A stretch of DNA of 64,000 nt from a virus, in the IMG/VR virus record IMGVR_UViG_3300043436_003324. The stretch is one strand, 5' to 3'. Each line of letters opens with the position of its first letter. Position 1 is the stretch's first letter. The position numbers and the translations under genes are program-made. A model generated the notes under the pieces. It was not told the origin of the DNA and searched no databases. It saw only the letters and a list, made by a program, of their open reading frames with translations. Below are positions 28,136 through 38,000 of this stretch, piece by piece.

Positions 28136-29805
28136 TAACATTAGTAACAGGTTTATGGGATATCGGTAGAGGTAATATGGCAGAGGGTTGGTCAAGAAAC
28201 TTTGATTTTTATTTAGAAAAATTTAAAGAACTGTTAAAGATTGATTGTAACATGATAATTTTTGGTGATATAGAATTACAAAAATTTGTTACTGATCAAA
28301 ACAGAGACTTAAATAAAACTAGGTTTATATTAAGAGATTTAAGTTGGTTTAGAAATAACGATTACTATGAAAAAATACAAACCATAAGAACAAATCCTAA
28401 TTGGTATAACCAAGTTGGTTGGTTAAAAGACTCGACACAAGGTAAGTTAGAAATGTATAACCCATTAGTTATGTCTAAAATGTTTTTATTACATGACGCA
28501 ATGTTACTTGATCCTTTTAATTCTGAAAAACTTTATTGGATAGATGCCGGATTAACAAACACAGTTAGTGTTGGTTATTTTACTCATGATAATGTTTTAG
28601 AAAAAATAAATAAAACATTTAATAACTTTACGTTTATATGTTTTCCGTATGAAACAAATACTGAAGTACACGGATTTGAGATAAATAAAATGACAGATCA
28701 TATTGGTAAAAAACCAAATATGGTATCAAGAGGAGGATTTTTTGGGGGAACCAAAGAAACAATTTCCCAAATGAATTCATTATATTATCAATTATTGTTT
28801 CAAACCTTGAACTACGGTTTAATGGGCACAGAAGAAAGTTTATTCACAATTTTAACCTACACTCAACCTAATATAATTGATTACGTAAAAATAGAATCAA
28901 ATGGGTTATTATATAAATTTTTTGAGGATGTTAAAACCAACAATGTGGTCATAGAAAATAAAAAACCAAAAATAATAACTAACAATGAAAATAATGGGGG
29001 GGTTGGTTTATACGTGATAACATTTAATTCTCCTAAACAGTTTGAAGTTTTGGTTGAGTCTATGATGGAATATGATCCTTCATTTATATCCAAAACCAAA
29101 AAATTTTTATTAGATAATTCAACTGATTTAACAACAACAAATGAATACTTGAGAATTTGTGAGATGTATGGTTTTGTTCACATAAAAAAGGATAATATTG
29201 GAATAACAGGTGGTAGGCAGTTTATTGCTGAACACTTTAACGAACAAAATGATCTATCAACATATTATTTTTTTGAAGACGATATGGCTTTCTACCCAAA
29301 GGAAAGTGATACATGTAAAAATGGTTTTAATCGATTTGTTAAAAATTTATTTAACATAACTCAAGAAATAATAAAAAAAGAAAATTTTGATTTTTTAAAA
29401 TTAAATTTTACTGAATTTTTTGGTAGTCACGATAAACAATGGGCTTGGTATAATGTTCCCCAAAGTTTTAGGGAGTCTCATTGGGAAAATAATAAATTAT
29501 TACCAAAACAAGGTCTTGACCCTAATTCACCAAACTTAGAATATAAACATATAAAATCACATAAAGGGGTTCCATATGCTAGCGGTGAAGTTTATTTATC
29601 TAATTGGCCGATATTAATGACAAAGGAAGGAAATTATAAATGTTATATTAAAACAAAATTTCAAAACCCATACGAACAAACATTAATGAGTCATTGTTAT
29701 CAAGAAACAATTAAAGGAAACATTAATCCATCTGTTTTATTACTTACACCAACGGAACATAATAGATTTGATTTTTATAGTTCCGATTTAAGAAAAGAAT
29801 GTTAG
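28132..29805 (+). CDS. Bifunctional glycosyltransferase: HtrL/YibB(WlaTC)-like domain plus GT-A domain
   Basis: TLVTGLWDIGR, Y..LVMSKMFLL..A, YWIDAG, GGFFGG, GTEE (HtrL-like); YVITFN...YFFFEDD (GT-A). Confidence 0.75.
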   Translation: MITLVTGLWDIGRGNMAEGWSRNFDFYLEKFKELLKIDCNMIIFGDIELQKFVTDQNRDLNKTRFILRDLSWFRNNDYYEKIQTIRTNPNWYNQVGWLKDSTQGKLEMYNPLVMSKMFLLHDAMLLDPFNSEKLYWIDAGLTNTVSVGYFTHDNVLEKINKTFNNFTFICFPYETNTEVHGFEINKMTDHIGKKPNMVSRGGFFGGTKETISQMNSLYYQLLFQTLNYGLMGTEESLFTILTYTQPNIIDYVKIESNGLLYKFFEDVKTNNVVIENKKPKIITNNENNGGVGLYVITFNSPKQFEVLVESMMEYDPSFISKTKKFLLDNSTDLTTTNEYLRICEMYGFVHIKKDNIGITGGRQFIAEHFNEQNDLSTYYFFEDDMAFYPKESDTCKNGFNRFVKNLFNITQEIIKKENFDFLKLNFTEFFGSHDKQWAWYNVPQSFRESHWENNKLLPKQGLDPNSPNLEYKHIKSHKGVPYASGEVYLSNWPILMTKEGNYKCYIKTKFQNPYEQTLMSHCYQETIKGNINPSVLLLTPTEHNRFDFYSSDLRKEC

Positions 29806-29833
29806 TTGTTATATTTATAATTAAAAACAATTA

Positions 29834-30778
29834 ATGGAATTCTTTATTAAGAAAAACGCTACATTACCAATTTTAAAAATGCAAGTTGTTAAAGATGGTC
29901 GTAGTGATTTCAATAAAATGATGGGACTAATCGAAAATTCTGCCATATTCTTTTCTATGGTGGATATAGAAACAGGTATTCCTAAAATTACAACTAGACC
30001 TGCGGGGTTTGTATCTAAAAAAATGTTAGACCCAAATGCCGATCCTGAATATTATGTTTACTATCAATTTACAAATAAAGACACAAGAAAAGTTGGTAGG
30101 TATGAAGGCCAATTTCTATTAAGAAATGAAGATGGTGTTTTAATATTACCAATAAGAGATAAGTTATTTATTAACATACAAGAAAGTTTTATTGCGGAAG
30201 ACCTTCCATATGACAGTTGTTATGTTAGTGAATTTCCTTGTTGTATTTTACCAACCCCCACACCATCACCAAACCCCACACCAATAGTAACAACTACAAC
30301 AACATTTCAACCAACACCAACACCTTCACCATTACCTTTAGAGGTTGTTTTGGAAGCAATAATCACATCAGGATCAACAATAATAGATTATAATCTTACG
30401 TCAAATATTCAATTTGATGAACCAATATTAATTTATTTTAATCATACTCTTAATGTTTACACGGGTTCTCCAATAAATATTACAACAGGAGTTACAATAT
30501 CTGTTGGGGAAATTTCTGGAAATACACGAGTTATTTTAGATGAAAATTTTAATAATTTAACAAGAATAGATAGTTTTGGTAATATAATTACCTACCCAAA
30601 CCCTCTTAATTTTACTATAACAGAAAATTACCCAATTACACCAACACCAACACCTACTATAACGCCAACACCAACTCCAACACCAGTTGACGTATTAATT
30701 AATCCTATAATAACTGAGAACGATTATTATATAATAATTGGGGATAACGAATATTTTAAATTCGTAGATCCAATATAA
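29834..30778 (+). CDS. Virion adaptor-like protein (Ig/BppU-like N-domain) with Pro/Thr repeats
   Basis: FFIKKNATLPILKMQ...G.YEGQF N-domain; two PT tracts; late motif 29812-29818. Confidence 0.6.
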   Translation: MEFFIKKNATLPILKMQVVKDGRSDFNKMMGLIENSAIFFSMVDIETGIPKITTRPAGFVSKKMLDPNADPEYYVYYQFTNKDTRKVGRYEGQFLLRNEDGVLILPIRDKLFINIQESFIAEDLPYDSCYVSEFPCCILPTPTPSPNPTPIVTTTTTFQPTPTPSPLPLEVVLEAIITSGSTIIDYNLTSNIQFDEPILIYFNHTLNVYTGSPINITTGVTISVGEISGNTRVILDENFNNLTRIDSFGNIITYPNPLNFTITENYPITPTPTPTITPTPTPTPVDVLINPIITENDYYIIIGDNEYFKFVDPI

Positions 30779-30810
30779 AATTTAAAAGATATTTATAAAA
30801 TAAAAAGATT

Positions 30811-32394
30811 ATGGCATTAACAGGTAAAACAATTGGAGAATTAGAATTTCTACAATTCCCAAATAACGAAACATTACTCCCTGTAGAATACAGTGGGGAT
30901 ACTTATCATATTGCATTTTCGTCAATTACATACAACGAGGGAACATATTCACAGTTTGTTGCGGAAGCCAATTCGGGTGTATTAACACCAGGTAGATTTT
31001 ACTTGATGACCGATTATCAAACTTGTTATGACCAACCAAACTATGATACTAATGGCATCCCAATAACGATTGGTAATTATAAGACAGGAACAACAGAACC
31101 TATATTATTGTTGGCAATTTCAACAACAGGATTCTCCCCTACAGTTTATTCAACACTATATCCACAAGATAAAATCTCTTATGATATTACTTGGAATGCA
31201 ACTGAAGTTACAGATAATCCTGCTAAAGGTAGAATTACTGAAAGAATTGACGAGTTTAATAACAGAACAGATTATGACCATAGACAAGTGGTATTTAAAC
31301 GATACGAAACATCACCTTCAAGTGGTATTTATACAGTAATTAAAGATAATGGGAATCCTTACATTGATGATATTCCAACTTTTGGAACAGGTTGTTATTC
31401 TAATAAAATAGGGAACTTTTATACCACCTTAGATTTAAACAATACAGGTTTTATTTTATCAAATAATATATTTGATGATGATTGTTGGGACAATACAACA
31501 GGGGCAGATTTTTATAATAATACAATCGGTTCAATAGTTTATGAAAATAAATTTGGGGATTCATGTCATGATAATGTGATAGAAGGAGATGCTTATAACA
31601 ATGTGGTAAATAACAACTTTAGTTTAAACACAATAGGTGGTCAATTTTATAATAATACCATATTCAATGGATTTAGATTAAATGTGATAGGGTCACAATT
31701 TGGAGGAAATGAAATTTTAAGTGGATTTAGAGAAAATCAAACATCTGCAGGATTTGCTAAAAATAGAATTGGTTATGATTTTAGAAATGTAGGTATAACT
31801 ATTGGAACAAACTTTTTAGATAATCAAATAGGGAACAATTTTACTGATAATATTGCTATTGGAGATGACTTCCAAAATAATGTGATAGGTAACAATTTTC
31901 AAGAAAATAACATTGGAAATGGATTTTTTTCAAATCAAATAGGAATCCTATTTAATAATAACACTTGTTATGGTTCATTTGCATATAACACCATAGGAGC
32001 TTATTTTAGTTATAATGAAGTACAAGATGGGTTTGGTTATGGAGCATCTGCACTACAAGGTAATAGAATCGGGAATAATTTTTACAATAATATCATTGGC
32101 GAATATTTCTACAATAATATTATTCCTGATAACTTTTACAATAACACAATTGGCGATTCATTCCAATGGAATATTGTTAATACTGAAGTTAATAATGTTT
32201 GTTTAAGTACAGGTATGTTATATGATATCACAACAGTTAATGTATTCAAAAATAAAAATGGAGATAATAGATTATCGTATTACGATGAAGTGGATGTTCT
32301 AACAATAGAAACATTAACTGAAGCTCCTTGTTTAGGTGGGTTAAACGTATTAGACATACCAGAAAATGATTTAAATTTCGGATTAATATTATAA
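30811..32394 (+). CDS. Fibre/adhesin with Asn-rich 11-residue repeats (F-x-x-N-x-I-G-N), probable beta-solenoid
   Basis: More than 15 consecutive repeats; paralogous to 35008-38229. Confidence 0.7.
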   Translation: MALTGKTIGELEFLQFPNNETLLPVEYSGDTYHIAFSSITYNEGTYSQFVAEANSGVLTPGRFYLMTDYQTCYDQPNYDTNGIPITIGNYKTGTTEPILLLAISTTGFSPTVYSTLYPQDKISYDITWNATEVTDNPAKGRITERIDEFNNRTDYDHRQVVFKRYETSPSSGIYTVIKDNGNPYIDDIPTFGTGCYSNKIGNFYTTLDLNNTGFILSNNIFDDDCWDNTTGADFYNNTIGSIVYENKFGDSCHDNVIEGDAYNNVVNNNFSLNTIGGQFYNNTIFNGFRLNVIGSQFGGNEILSGFRENQTSAGFAKNRIGYDFRNVGITIGTNFLDNQIGNNFTDNIAIGDDFQNNVIGNNFQENNIGNGFFSNQIGILFNNNTCYGSFAYNTIGAYFSYNEVQDGFGYGASALQGNRIGNNFYNNIIGEYFYNNIIPDNFYNNTIGDSFQWNIVNTEVNNVCLSTGMLYDITTVNVFKNKNGDNRLSYYDEVDVLTIETLTEAPCLGGLNVLDIPENDLNFGLIL

Positions 32395-32421
32395 ATAAAT
32401 AAAAAATAAAAAAACAAAAAA

Positions 32422-33498
32422 ATGATACAAGGAATTAGAATAACAAGCACAAATTTATCAGGACTAACGGCAAACGTTACTTTTTATCCCACAACTGGTG
32501 GGTCAGAAAATTTAGGATCTGAAGTAATACCATTTAACAATATTTCGGATTATCCTTACGGAACATACGAATTAGACGTTCCGTTATATGATAGAATGTA
32601 TGAAATAAATGTTCCAGCACCATTAACAGGTCAGAGCGCATATACTCAAACAGTAAGATCGGTTACCGTTGACGGAGGATACCAACCATTCTCAGGAGCG
32701 GTATTATCTGAAGTATGGGGAACATATACAACACAATATATTACAGATGAAGGAATACCATCAACTGATATTGTTTTAGCTGAAGGTATTTGTTCTGATG
32801 ACGTTGATGCGTCAAAAGTACCTGGAAATATTGGTGGATGGCCAAATAGTATTAATTCATTTTTAGGACCATTTATGTCAGGTGGATTGGCGGGTTATCC
32901 GTTTGTTGGTAGTGTTGGGTTTGGAGCCTTTTCAAGTCACGTAGCAACAACTCTTGATGGAACCTTGTTTGTAACGAGTATGCCACACATTGGTGTTACT
33001 GAAGATGGTCGTTCAGGTAGAATGTTACGTAGAGGTAAAGCCGATAGTAGTACAGATAATACTTGTGGTGCCGTTGCGGGAGCAATTGACCAAGTTGTAA
33101 ATGTATTATCTAATGCTCCAAATCAAAATAATGCACCTTTTAATAATGGTAATTATTCTTTTTGGAAATTAACTGATATTTTATGGCCACACAAATATTC
33201 ATTATCAAATTTTACAGGTACTACTGAAGAAGTATATAATAAACAAATGATTTTAGCAACTGAAATAATTAGAGATTCTGCTTATGATTATATTATTGCA
33301 AATTTACCTGCAGCAACCGAAGCAAACACTGAGAATGACGTATATTTTTTAAGTGGTATTTTTATTAATAGTGATGTTAGTTCGGGTACAACACAATTTG
33401 AATCATATGTTGTTGTTGATAAAGTTATGAAATATGTGTTTGATGATCAGTGGTATGATATAACGGTTGATTATATGGCTGGATTACCAATTGACTAA
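32422..33498 (+). CDS. LCIB/theta-type beta-carbonic-anhydrase-like protein fused to an N-terminal virion module
   Basis: ICSDD (Cys124), GGLAGYPFVG..GF.AF..H, MPHIG..EDG..G...R.G (His189), TCGA (Cys215): Cys-His-Cys Zn triad pattern. Confidence 0.8.
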   Translation: MIQGIRITSTNLSGLTANVTFYPTTGGSENLGSEVIPFNNISDYPYGTYELDVPLYDRMYEINVPAPLTGQSAYTQTVRSVTVDGGYQPFSGAVLSEVWGTYTTQYITDEGIPSTDIVLAEGICSDDVDASKVPGNIGGWPNSINSFLGPFMSGGLAGYPFVGSVGFGAFSSHVATTLDGTLFVTSMPHIGVTEDGRSGRMLRRGKADSSTDNTCGAVAGAIDQVVNVLSNAPNQNNAPFNNGNYSFWKLTDILWPHKYSLSNFTGTTEEVYNKQMILATEIIRDSAYDYIIANLPAATEANTENDVYFLSGIFINSDVSSGTTQFESYVVVDKVMKYVFDDQWYDITVDYMAGLPID

Positions 33499-33518
33499 AT
33501 AAATTAAAAAAAAGAAAA

Positions 33519-34733
33519 ATGGCAACAAAATATATAGTAAATAACTTATCAGGTCAAACAATAGATGGTGATATAACTATCAACGGAAATTTAAGTGTTA
33601 CCGGGGTTACAACAGGAAGTTTATCAACTTACAAAGCACTATTAACTCAGTTAGGGGTTCAGACAGGTACCGAATTAATTGATTTTAATGATGGTTTAAT
33701 TATAGGTGAAACCTATACAATAACTGATTATGTTAGTGATGATGATTTTAGTAATATTGCTAATGTAATTAGTGGTGGTGTTCTTACATATAGTTATAGT
33801 GGAACGTCAGTAACCGGATTTACTAGCACATATGATTCTGGTGGTGCCACAAGTGGTGAAGGTTCTGGTGTTGAGTTTGAAATTTATATAAACAATGATG
33901 TTTATGAATCAATCAGTATCGTTAACCTTGGTTATGGATATGCAAGTGGTGATACAATAACGATATTGGGTACAAATGTTGGGGGTATCAGTCCAGATAA
34001 CGACATAACAATAACAGTTGATAGTGTGACTACCAATAACCCTAACGTAACAGGTTGTGCATTCATTGCAACAGGAGAAATACCAACAAATTGGAGTAAC
34101 GGTTCTACTTTAGTATCTAGCGGTAATTTAGTGGTGACAGTATTAGAAAACAATTTGGGATTTGACATTGAGTGGGTTGAGGAAATTTTTGGGTCAGGAA
34201 TTTATTTCGGATATAATTCAACCACAGGACCATTGTATAATACTTTTAATAGAAACACAACATTTGTTTTAAATGGTTCAAATCCAAATCCGTATTTTGG
34301 TCCTAACCTATTAGAAACTTTTGTAGGTCCTATAAGTTTATCCGAGAAAGATGAAACAATTGTTGTTGCGGTTTTTGATACGGATATACTTGAACCAGTT
34401 GGTGATAGTTTGTATTATTTTCCTATAGAGATTCAACAACAAAATACCGACACAACACCAATTGTAATAAGTGGAACTGTAGAATCATCATTTCCTATTA
34501 ATTTTACTAGTATTGCTTTGTTTTGTAATGGAAATTACATTCAAGCACTTTACGGGGATGGTACAGTAAATGATATGTCAGAACTTATAACTTACTTAAA
34601 CTCTTTACCAAATATGAGTTATTTAGGTACATACTCTAATGATGGAGATGGAGTTCTTTTAGAAATGTCAACCAATTTAGTAAATCAATTCTGTTCTAGT
34701 GGAACATTAACTTTTGAGGTCTTCAACGACTAA
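33519..34733 (+). CDS. Putative fibre/structural protein
   Basis: GDITINGNLSVTG shaft motif, YKALLTQ, GYGYASGDTITILG..GG..P.NDITITV repeat typical of myovirus structural proteins. Confidence 0.6.
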   Translation: MATKYIVNNLSGQTIDGDITINGNLSVTGVTTGSLSTYKALLTQLGVQTGTELIDFNDGLIIGETYTITDYVSDDDFSNIANVISGGVLTYSYSGTSVTGFTSTYDSGGATSGEGSGVEFEIYINNDVYESISIVNLGYGYASGDTITILGTNVGGISPDNDITITVDSVTTNNPNVTGCAFIATGEIPTNWSNGSTLVSSGNLVVTVLENNLGFDIEWVEEIFGSGIYFGYNSTTGPLYNTFNRNTTFVLNGSNPNPYFGPNLLETFVGPISLSEKDETIVVAVFDTDILEPVGDSLYYFPIEIQQQNTDTTPIVISGTVESSFPINFTSIALFCNGNYIQALYGDGTVNDMSELITYLNSLPNMSYLGTYSNDGDGVLLEMSTNLVNQFCSSGTLTFEVFND

Positions 34734-34752
34734 CTTTATAAAAATTAAAAAA

Positions 34753-34992
34753 ATGATAAAATATATTAAAAGAAAAAGTGATAATAAGTTTCTACAATCT
34801 TTAGAAAATGATGTTTGGGTTGATAACGCAAAGGATGCTTATGAAATGACATATAGAGAATGTGAGAATACAAAAACCACATTACTTAACACATATACTT
34901 CTGAAGAAATAACTGAAGTTTTTAATATGTTTAAGAGTAAACCAATGTCAAGAGAAGAAAAAAAAGAACTACTTAATTTACTAAAAAAATAA
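34753..34992 (+). CDS. Small hypothetical protein (79 aa), possible fibre chaperone
   Basis: Better start at ATG 34753 after an A-run; lies between fibre genes. Confidence 0.55.
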   Translation: MIKYIKRKSDNKFLQSLENDVWVDNAKDAYEMTYRECENTKTTLLNTYTSEEITEVFNMFKSKPMSREEKKELLNLLKK

Positions 34993-35007
34993 ATAATAAA
35001 ATAAAAA

Positions 35008-38000
35008 ATGGCAAATAAAAAAATATCAGACTTACCTTACGTTGGTAATACGGGGTACACCTCAATAGACATAATACCTATTGTAAATTATGATGTACCC
35101 ACAGGAACAACTAAACACACACCTATTTTAGATTTTGCAAGTTACATTTTAAGTGCAACACCTGTAAGTTACTCAAGTTTATTTACTTTAATGTTCACTA
35201 GTAACCTAACTCAAGGTTCTTATTATCTAATAGAAGATTTTAAAACATGTTATGATCAACCTGATTTTGATTATAATGGAAACCCAATTACTTCTGGAAA
35301 TTATAAACAAGGTCCTGTTGAGCCAATTGTAGTATTGGCCACAAGTATTAATACAATTAGTCCTGTTGCTTATCAACCAATACACCCTAACGACTTTATA
35401 CGTTATGATATAATGTATAATACAACTGAAGTTACTAATGGTGTTGCCTTTGGTAGGATTACTGAAAGAATTGATGAGTTTAATAATAGGACTGATTATG
35501 ATCATAGAAATATTTTATTTAAAAGATATAAATTATTTACATATAGAGACGAGTTAAGATTAAATGGTACAATTGAGTTATTAAGTAATGGTACAGTTAA
35601 TGGTGTTGATACTTCTTTCACTTCTCTGTCGGTAGGTGATGTTATTTATATACCTAATACTTACCCTAGTTATTATGAAATAACAGGAATTACCGACAAT
35701 GTAACTATGAACGTGTCAGGTGACACTATAACGGCGATTGGTGCGGGTCAAAGTTTTTATCTTACAATAGAAGAAACTAACGGTAATGGTTACTTTAGTC
35801 ATAAAAGAACAAACGTTAGATCAAACGATTACGAACAGTACACCACTTTTGGGGATGCAATATTAAATGATTATGCAAAAAATAACTATATAGGTAATTA
35901 CACAAATAACTATACAAATGTTAGTAGTGGAACATTCTTACTACCAAACAATGTATTTTTAGAAGGACAATACGAAAGTAATAAATTTGGTGATTACTGT
36001 TACAATAATACGTTTGGAACTGACAATCAAAATAACGTTTGGGGTGATTTGTGTTACAATAACGTTTCAACAAATGATATTGATGATAATATAATTGGTA
36101 ACAATTTTCATGATAACCTAATAAACGCAAATTTAATCTCTAACCATATTGGTAATGATTTTAATAATAACCAATTATTGGGTGAGAATAGTAATGTCAA
36201 TGATTTTCAAGACAACATTATTGGAAATGGGTTTAGTAACAATCTTATTTATTCTGAGTTTTATAAAAATGAAATATTAGATGACTTTCAAGATAATTTA
36301 ATTGGTGACTTTGGTAACTTAGATAATTTTGAATTTTATAGAAATTATATTCGTAACGGATTTGGAAAAAATACAGTAAGACAAAATTTCCAAAATAATC
36401 AAATCGGTACAAACTACCAAGAGAATACTATTAATGGGTCATCTCAAGGAAACACAATACTTAATGGGTTTAATAAAAATAAAATTGGGTCTGACTTTAA
36501 TGTCAATCTTATTGGTAATGGTTTTAATTATAATACAGTTAATGATAGTTTTTATAATAATGAAACTAAATATTATTTTAATGGGAATATAATCCCTAAT
36601 CAATTTTTCAACAATAAAATAGGGCAGTACTTTGAAAATAATCAACCAATTAATACTCTTTTTGGTTGGGGTGATTTATCTAATATCACGGGTAGAACTT
36701 ATGATATTTTTAATGATTCTTTAGGTGGCTCTATTGATTATAGAATCTTAGGTAAAGAATTGGTAATGAAAGTTACATCCACATCTCAGTATTTTAAAAT
36801 TAAATTTAATCAATGGACATTAGATGGTAACGGAGGAGGTTTCCAATACGAAAGAACTGAAATGGATTCACTTGGTAATAACATAGGACCTACAGTTACA
36901 TTTACAAAAAGAAATGGTGTTAATGATATTGATATTATTATACCAGGAGTCTTGGAAATCGCTAGAGATAATAGTGGGGCAATTTATAATATTGCAACAG
37001 AAGGATCGTGGAATAGTTCTGTAAGTCCACAAGACACAGAATGGAATTCAGTATATACCGAACCTAATAGCGGTGTCAGATTTTCAAGTAATAAAATAGG
37101 TGATTTTTTCATAGAAAATAAATTTGATAATGATTTTGGTTATGGTGCTTCACAAAATCAGGGTAACGTAATAAATGATTCTTTTCAGAAAAATTTGATT
37201 GGTCAATTTATGTACAATAATGTTATAGGTAATTACTTTACCAACAATATTATCGGTGATAACTTTGAGGCTAACTCAATTAACAATTATTTTAATAGTA
37301 ACTCTATTGGAAATGCATTTGAAAATAACACCATTAAAAATTATTTTATAGGAAACTCTATATTAAATGGTTTTGAAAGTAATGAAATTGGTAACTACTT
37401 TGGGAATGATGGTTCGGGTCCTGGTTCACCAGTTCAAAATATTATTTTTAGTGATTTTAAATACAACAAGATTGGTAATTTCTTTGGTAATGACACTAAT
37501 TTCCCTTCAGTTGGTGGTGGTACAAACGGTGACGGTGGAAACATCATAAACACTGGCTTCCAATTTAACGTGATTGGTGATAATGTGTTATTTAACGCAT
37601 TAAACCTAAACTTCACTAATAATAAAATTGGTAACGACTTTTGGTTTAACGTATTTGGTCAAAACACATCAGATAATACAATAGGTAATTTATTTGTCGG
37701 TAACTCAGGTATCGGTGGATTCCCAACTGAAATTGGTGGTAACTTTATATCTAATAACTTGGGTAACTACTCATCATTTAACGAAATTGATACAAACTTC
37801 CAATATAACAAAATAGGTAATTTCTTTGGTAACGCTGGTGGTGGAACACAAAATATTATTTCTACTGGATTTAACAATAACAATATCGGTAATTACTTTG
37901 GTGATGACGGTTCTCAAATTAGTGGGGGTAATAATATTGGGATTAACTTTACATTGAATGAAATTGTTTCTCTTTTCTATTCCAACACTATTGGTGATGA

